This document shows positions 30,101 to 42,100 of a stretch of 64,000 nt of DNA, in pieces. The notes beneath the pieces were generated by a model, which was given only the letters and a program-made list of their open reading frames with translations, ran no database searches and was not told the DNA's origin. The DNA comes from Hemiscyllium ocellatum (lineage: Eukaryota): assembly GCF_020745735.1 (NCBI RefSeq), contig NC_083418.1, forward strand, positions 13,605,588 through 13,669,587. Reading direction: 5' to 3'. Position 1 is the first letter of the stretch; each line of letters starts with the position of its first letter. The position numbers and the translations under genes are program-made.

Positions 30101-33100
30101 TGACATTTGCCCATAATTTTAATGTGTCGTCTTCATGTATGGTAATTGCACAGTCATGTTTATTTTCTCATGGTTCCAAGAACAGCAGCCACTGTCGTCT
30201 ATATATTGACAGGAAGGTAAATAGTGTGGCTGTGTGAGAACTCATCATGAGATGCCTGTGACATAATTTTCATGCCTTTTGTCTTCCAGGACAGGCAGTG
30301 GTGACTTCTGTAGGTAAATCAGACCTGTGTAACTTTACACTCTGTACCAAGAGCTGTGAGATTGTGAAGTACACAGGCAAATGTCACACCACTACAGCGC
30401 CTACTACAACTCCATCTGAAACTGCAACAACAGTAACAGTAACTCCCACAACTACAGAAACAACAAGATGCTCTTGCCACGCCAATGGACAAACATTATC
30501 ACCTGGTAAGTGTATCAACACAAATAAAATCTTATACCATGACAAATTGCATAGGCAAGCTGGGAATCTTGTCTGAGGTGTGTCTCCATCAACCTCCCAG
30601 AACAGTGACCAAGAATGCGCCCTAAACTGGTAATTCCAACATTGTGAATGGGTTGTTCTTGGCAGTTGCACAAAGTGGAAACTTTCTTACCTTGTTTCAT
30701 TTCATCCAACAAATGTCATTGCTTTTCTGCTGGATGAACATGTGCAGGTGGTTTTTCTTTGGGATGTGAAAGAAAAAAGGAACTGAGTTCAATTTGCACG
30801 TACATTAATGTCCTTTGCTCACTTGTCTGTTTATGTCTGCTAACCATTCGTACGCACCATTTAGATGTTTGCCACACCCATTTACCTCATCAATCAGCCT
30901 GTGTTGATTTCTGATTGCAATGTTCCATGCCAAATCTTGTCTTGCAGAATATGATTGTTTATAATTTTTAGGAAGATCTCATCTTTTTTGTTTCATCAAT
31001 TATCTCAGCTTTCTGCAATGCTGAACGAAGCTTTAAATGTCCTGGTTCTTTTTTGGAAAGGAAAGGAGAATGTTAGAATTTTCACTCTCCTCTAGAGCTT
31101 CAGTGCTCTGTTAAATCTTCTGACATTTTGTTCTTGTCTGACAACACCACACCATTTATATCTTATCTCAGCCATTTACCACATCTACTGGACAGTGGCA
31201 ATATTGACTTCAGATTTCATAGTTTTTAAACCATGCCAAGTTTTCCCTTGCAGGATGACATATTCTGATTTTGAGGAAGAGCTTGCAATATTGTTTCATG
31301 CAGTTTTATTTTCTTTGAGCATAACTACAGAGATGAGCAACAGATCGAACAAATTCAAGGGCAAATGCCTGAAATGTAATGATGCTATATCGAGGTTACA
31401 TTAGGGTCAGTACAATCAGCCAAATGCATTTTTGCTGTTTGGAACCTTTCTGTAAATGAAGCATATCCAGGGACATTAGCAACAGTGTAATGAATGCGAT
31501 ATATCCTCACAAATAATTTTCCTGTCAAATTAGCTAGTTAGAGCATACATGACATTTGCCCATAATTTTAATGTGTCGTCTTCATGTATGGTAATTGCAC
31601 AGTCATGTTTATTTTCTCATGGTTCCAAGAACAGCAGCCACTGTCGTCTATATATTGACAGGAAGGTAAATAGTGTGGCTGTGTGAGAACTCATCATGAG
31701 ATGCCTGTGACATAATTTTCATGCCTTTTGTCTTCCAGGACAGGCAGTGGTGACTTCTGTAGGTAAATCAGACCTGTGTAACTTTACACTCTGTACCAAG
31801 AGCTGTGAGATTGTGAAGTACACAGGCAAATGTCACACCACGACAGCGCCTACTACAACTCCATCTGAAACTGCAACAACAGTAACAGTAACTCCCACAA
31901 CTACAGAAACAACAAGATGCTCTTGCCACGCCAATGGACAAACATTATCACCTGGTAAGTGTATCAACACAAATAAAATCTTATACCATGACAAATTGCA
32001 TAGGCAAGCTGGGAATCTTGTCTGAGGTGTGTCTCCATCAACCTCCCAGAACAGTGACCAAGAATGCGCCCTAAACTGGTAATTCCAACATTGTGAATGG
32101 GTTGTTCTTGGCAGTTGCACAAAGTGGAAACTTTCTTACCTTGTTTCATTTCATCCAACAAATGTCATTGCTTTTCTGCTGGACGAACATGTGCAGGTGG
32201 TTTTGCTTTGGGATGTGAAAGAAAAAAGGAACTGAGTTCAATTTGCACGTACATTAATGTCCTTTGCTCACTTGTCTGTTTATGTCTGCTAACCATTCGT
32301 ACGCACCATTTAGATGTTTGCCACACCCATTTACCTCATCAATCAGCCTGTGTTGATTTCTGATTGCAATGTTCCATGCCAAATCTTGTCTTGCAGAATA
32401 TGATTGTTTATAATTTTTAGGAAGATCTCATCTTTTTTGTTTCATCAATTATCTCAGCTTTCTGCAATGCTGAACGAAGCTTTAAATGTCCTGGTTCTTT
32501 TTTGGAAAGGAAAGGAGAATGTTAGAATTTTCACTCTCCTCTAGAGCTTCAGTGCTCTGCTTAATCTTCTGACATTTTTTTCTTGTCTGACGACACCACA
32601 CCATTTATATCTTATCTCAGCCATTTACCACATCTACTGGACAGTGGCAATATTGACTTCAGATTTCTTAGTTTTTAAACAATGCCAAGTTTTCCCTTGC
32701 AGGATGACATATTCTGATTTTGAGGAAGAGCTTGCAATATTTTTTCATGCAGTTTTATTTCCTTTGAGCATAACTACAGAGATGAGCAACAGATCGAACA
32801 AATTCAAGGGCAAACGCCTGAAATGCAATGATGCTATATCTAGGTTACATTAGGGTCAGTACAATCAGCCAAATGCATTTTTGCTGTTTGGAACCTTTCT
32901 GTAAATGAAGCATATCCAGGGACATTAGCAACAGTGTAATGAATGCGATATATCCTCACAAATAATTTTCCTGTCAAATTAGCTAGTTAGAGCATACATG
33001 ACATTTGCCCATAATTTTAATGTGTCGTCTTCATGTATGGTAATTGCAGTCATGTTTATTTTCTCATGGTTCCAAGAACAGCAGCCACTGTCGTCTATAT

Positions 33101-36100
33101 ATTGACAGGAAGGTAAATAGTGTGGCTGTGTGAGAACTCATCATGAGATGCCTGTGACATAATTTTCATGACTTTTGTCTTCCAGGACAGGCAGTGGTGA
33201 CTTCTCTAGGTAAATCAGACCTGTGTAACTTTACACTCTGTACCAAGAGCTGTGAGATTGTGAAGTACACAGGCAAATGTCACACCACTACAGCGCCTAC
33301 TACAACTCAATCTGAAACTGCAACAACAGTAACAGTAACTCCCACAACTACAGAAACAACAAGATGCTCTTGCCACGCCAATGGACAAACATTATCACCT
33401 GGTAAGTGTATCAACACAAATAAAATCTTATACCATGGCAAATTGCATAGGCAAGCTGGGAATCTTGTCTGATGTGTGTCTCCATCAACCTCCCAGAACA
33501 GTGATCAAGAATGCGCCCTAAACTGGTAATTCCAACATTGTGAATGGGTTGTTCTTGGCAGTTGCACAAAGTGGAAACTTTCTTACCTTGTTTCATTTCA
33601 TCCAACAAATGTCATTGCTTTTCTGCTGGACGAACATGTGCAGGTGGTTTTTCTTTGGGATGTGAAAGAAAAAAGGAACTGAGTTCAATTTGCACGTACA
33701 TTAATGTCCTTTGCTCACTTGTCTGTTTATGTCTGCTAACCATTCGTACGCACCATTTAGATGTTTGCCACACCCATTTACCTCATCAATCAGCCTGTGT
33801 TGATTTCTGATTGCAATGTTCCATGCCAAATCTTGTCTTGCAGAATATGATTGTTTATAATTTTTAGGAAGGTCTCATCTTTTTTGTTTCATCAATTATC
33901 TCAGCTTTCTGCAATGCTGAACGAAGCTTTAAATGTCCTGGTTCTTTTTTGGAAAGGAAAGGAGAATGTTAGAATTTTCTCTCTCCTCTGGAGCTTCAGT
34001 GCTCTGCTTAATCTTCTAACATTTTTTTCTTGTCTGACAACACCACAGCATTTATATCTGATCTCAGCCATTTACCACATCTATTGGAGAGTGGCAATAT
34101 TGACTTCAGATTTCATAGTTTTTAAACCATGCCAAGTTTTCCCTTGCAGGATGACATATTCTGATTTTGAGGAAGAGCTTGCAATGTTTTTTCGTGCAGT
34201 TTGAGTTTCTTTGAGCATAACTACAGAGATGAGCAACAGAGCGAACAAATTCGAGGGCATACACCTGACGTCCAATGATGCTATATCTAGGTTACATTAG
34301 GGTCAGTACAATCAGCCAAATGCATTTTTGCTGTTTGGAACCTTTCTGTAAATGAAGCATATCCAGGGACTTTAGCAACAGTGTAATGAATACGATATAT
34401 CCTCACAAATAATTTTCCTGTCAAATTAGCTAGTTAGAGCATACATGACATTTGCCCATAATTTTAATGTGTCGTCTTCATGTATGGTAATTGCACAGTC
34501 ATGTTTATTTTCTCATGGTTCCAAGAACAGCAGCCACTGTCGTCTATATATTGACAGGAAGGTAAATAGTGTGGCTGTGTGAGAACTCATCATGAGATGC
34601 CTGTGACATAATTTTCATGCCTTTTGTCTTCCAGGACAGGCAGTGGTGACTTCTGTAGGTAAATCAGACCTGTGTAACTTTACACTCTGTACCAAGAGCT
34701 GTGAGATTGTGAAGTACACAGGCAAATGTCACACCACTACAGCGCCTACTACAACTCCATCTGAAACTGCAACAACAGTAACAGTAACTCCCACAACTAC
34801 AGAAACAACAAGATGCTTTTGCCACGCCAATGGACAAACATTATCACCTGGTAAGTGTATCAACACAAATAAAATCTTATACCATGACAAATTGCATAGG
34901 CAAGCTGGGAATCTTGTCTGATGTGTGTCTCCACCAACCTCCCAGAACAGTGATCAAGAATGCGCCCTAAACTGGTAATTCCAACATTGTGAATGGGTTG
35001 TCCTTGGCAGTTGCACAATGTGGAAACTTTCTTACCTTGTTTCATTTCATCCAACAAAGGTCATTGCTTTTCTGCTGGATGAACATGTGCAGGTGGTTGT
35101 TTCTTTGGGATGTGAAAGAAGAAAGGAACTAAGTTCAATTTGCACGTACATTAATGTCCTTTGCTCACTTGTCTCTTTATGTCTCCAACCATACGTACAC
35201 ACCATTTAGATGTTTGCCACACCCATTTACCTCATCAATCAGCCTGTGTTGATTTCTGATTGCAATGTTCCATGCCAAATCTTGTCTTGCAGAATATGAT
35301 TGTTTATAGTTTTTAGGAAGATCTCATCTTTTTTGTTTCATCAATTATCTCAGCTTTCTGCAATGCTGAACGAAGCTTTAAATGTCCTGGTTCTTTTTTG
35401 GAAAGGAAAGGAGAATGTTAGAATTTTCACTCTCCTCTAGAGCTTCAGTGCTCTGTTTAATCTTATGACATTTTGTTCTTGTCTGACAACACCACACCAT
35501 TTATATCTTATCTCAGCCATTTACCACATCTCCTGGACAGTGGCAATATTGACTTCAGATTTCATAGTTTTTAAACCATGCCAAGTTTTCCCTTGCAGGA
35601 TGACATATTCTGATTTTGAGGAAGCGCTTGCAATATTTTTTCATGCAGTTTTATTTTCTTTGAGCATAACTACAGAGATGAGCAACAGATCAAACAAATT
35701 CAAGGGCAAACGCCTGAAATGCAATGATGCTATATCTAGGTTACATTAGGGTCAGTACAATCAGCCAAATGCATTTTTGCTGTTTGGAACCTTTCTGTAA
35801 ATGAAGCATATCCAGGGACATTAGCAACAGTGTAATGAATGCGATATATCCTCACAAATAATTTTCCTGTCAAAATAGCTGGTTAGAGCATACATGACAT
35901 TTGCCCATAATTTTAATGTGTCGTCTTCATGTATGGTAATTGCACAGTCATGTTTATTTTCTCATGGTTCCAAGAACAGCAGCCACTGTCGTCTATATAT
36001 TGACAGGAAGGTAAATAGTGTGGCTGTGTGAGAACTCATCATGAGATGCCTGTGACATAATTTTCATGCCTTTTGTCTTCCAGGACAGGCAGTGGTGACT

Positions 36101-39100
36101 TCTGTAGGTAAATCAGACGTGTGTAACTTTACACTCTGTACCAAGAGCTGTGAGATTGTGAAGTACACAGGCAAATGTCACACCACTACAGCGCCTACTA
36201 CAACTCCATCTGAAACTGCAACAACAGTAACAGTAACTCCCACAACTACAGAAACAACAAGATGCTCTTGCCACGCCAATGGACAAACATTATCACCTGG
36301 TAAGTGTATCAACACAAATAAAATCTTATACCATGACAAATTGCATAGGCAAGCTGGGAATCTTGTCTGATGTGTGTCTCCATCAACCTCCCAGAACAGT
36401 GATCAAGAATGCGCCCTAAACTGGTAATTCCAACATTGTGAATGGGTTGTTCTTGGCAGTTGCACAAAGTGGAAACTTTCTTACCTTGTTTCATTTCATC
36501 CAACAAATGTCATTGCTTTTCTGCTGGACGAACATGTGCAGGTGGTTTTTCTTTGGGATGTGAAAGAAAAAAGAAACTGAGTTCAATTTGCACGTACATT
36601 AATGTCCTTTGCTCACTTGTCTGTTTATGTCTGCTAACCATTCGTACGCACCATTTAGATGTTTGCCACACCCATTTACCTCATCAATCAGCCTGTGTTG
36701 ATTTCTGATTGCAATGTTCCATGCCAAATCTTGTCTTGCAGAATATGATTGTTTATAATTTTTAGGAAGATCTCATCTTTTTTGTTTCATCAATTATCTC
36801 AGCTTTCTGCAATGCTGAACGAAGCTTTAAATGTCCTGGTTCTTTTTTGGAAAGGAAAGGGGAATGTTAGAATTTTCACTCTCCTCTAGAGCTTCAGTGC
36901 TCTGCTTAATCTTCTGACATTTTTTTCTTGTCTGACGACACCACACCATTTATATCTTATCTCAGCCATTTACCACATCTACTGGACAGTGGCAATATTG
37001 ACTTCAGATTTCTTAGTTTTTAAACCATGCCAAGGTTTCCCTTGCAGGATGACATATTCTGATTTTGAGGAAGATCTTGCAATGTTTTTTCGTGCAGTTT
37101 GAGTTTCTTGAGCATAACTACAGAGATGAGCAACAGAGCGAACAAATTCGAGGGCATACACCTGAAGTCCAATGATGCCATATCTAGGTTACATTCGGAT
37201 CAGTACAATCAGCCAAATGCATTTTTGCTGTTTGGAACCTTTCTGTAAATGAAGCATATCCAGGGACATTAGCAAGAGTGTAATGAATGCATTATAACCT
37301 CACAAATAATTTTCCTGTCAAAATAGCTAGTTAGAGCATACATGACATTTGCCCATAATTTTAATGTGTCGTCTTCATGTATGGTAATTGCACAGTCATG
37401 TTTATTTTCTCATGGTTCCAAGAACAGCAGCCACTGTCGTCTATATATTGACAGGAAGGTAAATAGTGTGGCTGTGTGAGAACTCATCATGAGATGCCTG
37501 TGACATAATTTTCGTGCCTTTTGTCTTCCAGGACAGGCAGTGGTGACTTCTGTCGGTAAATCAGACCTGTGTAACTTTACACTCTGTACCAAGAGCTGTG
37601 AGATTGTGAAGTACACAGGTAAATGTCACACCACTACAGCGCCTACTACAACTCCATCTGAAACTGCAACAACAGTAACAGTAACTCCCACAACTACAGA
37701 AACAACAAGATGCTCTTGCCACGCCAACGGACAAACATTATCACCTGGTAAGTGTATCAACACAAATAAAATCTGGTACCATGGCAAGTTGCATAGGCAA
37801 GCTCGGAATCTTGTCTGATGTGTGTCTCCATCAACCTCCCAGAACAGTGATCAAGAATGCGCCCTAAACTGGTAATTCCAACATTGTGAATGGGTTGTTC
37901 TTGGCAGTTTCAGAAAGTGGAAACTTTCTTGCCTTGTTTCATTTCATCCAACAAATGTCATTGCTTTTCTGCTGGACAAACACGTGCAGGTGGTTGTTTC
38001 TTTGGGATGTGAAAGAAGAAAGGAACTAAGTTCAATTTGCACGTACATTAATGTCCTTTGCTCACTTGTCTGTTTATATTTGCTAACCATGCGTACGCAC
38101 CATTTAAATGTTTGCCACACCCATTTACTTCATCAATCAGCCTGTGTTGATTTCTGATTGCAATGTTCCATGCCAAATCTTGTCTTGCAGAATATGATTG
38201 TTTATAGTTTTGAGGAAGATCTCATCTTTTTTGTTTCATCAATTATCTCAGCTTTCTGCAACGCTGAACGAAGCTTTAAATGTCTTGGTTCTTTTTTGGA
38301 AAGGAAAGGAGAATGTTAGAATTTTCTCTATCCTCTGGACTTCTGTGGTTTGCTTAATCTTGTAACATTTTTTTCTTGTCGAACGACACCACACCATTTA
38401 TATCTTATCTCAGCCATTTAACACATCTATTGGACAGTGGCAATATTGACTTCAGATTTCATCGTTTTTAAACCATGCCACGTTTTCCCTTGCAGGATGA
38501 CATATTCTGATTTTGAGGAAGGGCTTGCAGTATTTTTTCATGCAGTTTGAATTTCTTTGAGCTTTACTTCAGAGATGAGCAACAGAGCGAACAAATTCGA
38601 GGGCAAACATCTGAAATGCAATGATGCCATATCTAGGTTACATTAGGATTCCTGATGAAGGGATTATGCTCGAAACGTCGAATTCCTTATTCCTGAGATG
38701 CTGCCTGACCTGCTGTGCTTTGACCAGCAACACATTTGCACCTGTGATCTCCAGCATCTGCAGACCTCATTTTTTACATTAGGATCAGTACAATCAGCCA
38801 AATGCATTTTTGCTGTTTGGAACCTTTCTGCAAATGAAGCATATCCAGGGACATTAGCAACAGTGTAATGAATGCGATATATCCTCACAAATAATTTTCC
38901 TGTCACAATAGCTGGTTAGAGCATACATGACATTTGCCCATAATTTTAATGTGTCGTCTTCATGTATGGTAATTGCACAGTCATGTTTATTTTCTCATGG
39001 TTCCAAGAACAGCAGCCACTGTCGTCTATATATTGACAGGAAGGTAAATAGTGTGGCTGTGTGAGAACTCATCATGAGATGCCTGTGACATAATTTTCAT

Positions 39101-42100
39101 GCCTTTTGTCTTCCAGGACAGGCAGTGGTGACTTCTGTAGGTAAATCAGACCTGTGTAACTTTACACTCTGTACCAAGAGCTGTGAGATTGTGAAGTACA
39201 CAGGCAAATGTCACACCACTACAGCGCCTACTACAACTCCATCTGAAACTGCAACAACAGTAACAGTAACTCCCACAACTACAGAAACAACAAGATGCTC
39301 TTGCTACGCCAATGGACAAACATTATCACCTGGTAAGTGTATCAACACAAATAAAATCTTATACCATGACAAATTGCATAGGCAAGCTGGGAATCTTGTC
39401 TGATGTGTGTCTCCATCAACCTCCCAGAACAGTGATCAAGAATGCGCCCTAAACTGGTAATTCCAACATTGTGAATGGGTTGTTCTTGGCAGTTGCACAA
39501 AGTGGAAACTTTCTTACCTTGTTTCATTTCATTCAACAAATGTCATTGCATTTCTGCTGGATGAACATGTGCAGGTGGTTGATTCTTTGGGATGTGAAAG
39601 AAGAAAGGAACTAAGTTCAATTTGCACGTACATTACTGTCCTTTGCTCATTTGTCTGTTTATATTTGCTAACCATACGTACACACCATTTAGATGTTTGC
39701 CACACCCATTTACCTCATCAATCAGCCTGTGTTGATTTCTGATTGCAATGTTCCATGCCAAATCTTGTCTTGCAGAATATGATTGTTTATAATTTTTAGG
39801 AAGATCTCATCTTTTTTGTTTCATCAATTATCTCAGCTTTCTGCAATGCTGAACGAAGCTTTAAATGTCCTGGTTCTTTTTTGGAAAGGAAAGGAGAATG
39901 TTAGAATTTTCACTCTCCTCTAGAGCTTCAGTGCTCTGTTTAATCTTCTGACATTTTGTTCTTGTCTGACGACACCACACCATTTATATCTTATCTCAGC
40001 CATTTACCACATCTACTGGACAGTGGCAATATTGACTTCAGATTTCATAGTTTTTAAACCATGCCAAGGTTTCCCGTGCAGGATGACACATTCTGATTTT
40101 GAGGAAGAGCTTGCAATATTTTCTCATGCAGTTTTATTTTCTTTGAGCATAACTACAGAGATGAGCAACAGATCGAACAAATTCAAGGGCAAACGCCTGA
40201 AATGCAATGATGCCATATCTAGGTTACATTAGGGTCAGTAAAATCAGCCAAATGCATTTTTGCTGTTTGGAACCTTTCTGTAAATGAAGCATCTCCAGGG
40301 ACATTAGTAACAGTGTAATGAATGCGATATATCCTCACAAATAATTTTCCTGTCAAATTAGCTAGTTAGAGCATACATGACATTTGCCCATAATTTTAAT
40401 GTGTCGTCTTCATGTATGCTAATTGCACAGTCATGTTTATTTTCTCATGGTTCCAAGAACAGCAGCCACTGCCGTCTATATATTGACAGGAAGGTAAATA
40501 GTGTGGCTGTGTGAGAACTCATCATGAGATGCCTGTGACATAATTTTCGTGCCTTTTGTCTTCCAGGACAGGCAGTGGTGACTTCTGTAGGTAAATCAGA
40601 CCTGTGTAACTTTACACTCTGTACCAAGAGCTGTGAGATTGTGAAGTACACAGGCAAATGTCACACCACTACAGCGCCTACTACAACTCCATCTGAAACT
40701 GCAACAACAGTAACAGTAACTCCCACAACTACAGAAACAACAAGATGCTCTTGCCATGCCAACGGACAAACATTATCACCTGGTAAGTGTATCAACACAA
40801 ATAAAATCTGGTACCATGACAAATTGCATAGGCAAGCTGGGAATCTTGTCTGATGTGTGTCTCCATCAACCTCCCAGGACAGTGATCAAGAATGCGCCCT
40901 AAACTGGTAATTCCAACATTGTGAATGGGTTGTTCTTGGCATTTGCACAAAGTTGAAACTTTCTTGCCTTGTTTCATTTCATCCAACAAATGTCATTGCT
41001 TTTCTGCTGGACAAACATGTGCAGGTGGTTGTTTCTTTGGGATGTGAAAGAAGAAAGGAACTAAGTTCAATTTGCACGTACATTAATGTCCTTTGCTCAC
41101 TTGTCTGTTTATGTCTGCTAACCATACGTACACACCATTTAGATGTTTGCCACACCCATTTACCTCATCAATCAGCCTGTGTTGATTTCTGATTGCAATG
41201 TTCCATGCCAAATCTTGTCTTGCAGAATATGATTGTTTATAGTTTTTAGGAAGATCTCATCTTTTTTGTTTCATCAATTATCTCAGCTTTCTGCAATGCT
41301 GAACGAAGCTTTAAATGTCCTGGTTCTTTTTAGGAAAGGAAAGGAGAATGTTAGAATTTTCACTCTCCTCTGGACTTCTGTGCTTTGCTTAATCTTCTGA
41401 AAATTTTTTCTTGTCTGACGACACCACACCATTTATATCTTATCTCAGCCATTTACCACATCTATTCGACAGTGGCAATATTGACTTCAGATTTCATAGT
41501 TTTTAAACCATGCCAAGTTTTCCCTTGCAGGATGACATATTCTGATTTTGAGGAAGATCTTGCAATGTTTTTTCGTGCAGTTTGAATTTCTTTGAGCATA
41601 ACTACAGAGATGAGCAACAGAGCGAACAAATTCGAGGGCCAACACCTGAAATGCAATGATGCTATATCTAGGTTACATTCGGATCAGTACAATCAGCCAA
41701 ATGCATTTTTGCTGTTTGGAACCTTTCTGTAAATGAAGCATATCCAGGGACATTAGCAACAGTGTAATGAATGCGATATATCCTCACAAATAATTTTCCT
41801 GTCAAAATTGCTGGTTAGAGTATACATGACATTTGCCCATAATTTTAATGTGTCGTCTTCATGTATGGTAATTGCACAGTCATGTTTATTTTCTCATGGT
41901 TCCACGAACAGCAGCCACTGTTGTCTATATATTGACAGGAAGGTAAATAGTGTGGCTGTGTGAGAACTCATCATGAGATGCCTGTGACATAATTTTCATG
42001 ACTTTTGTCTTCCAGGACAGGCAGTGGTGACTTCTGTAGGTAAATCAGACCTGTGTAACTTTACACTCTGTACCAAGAGCTGTGAGATTGTGAAGTACAC

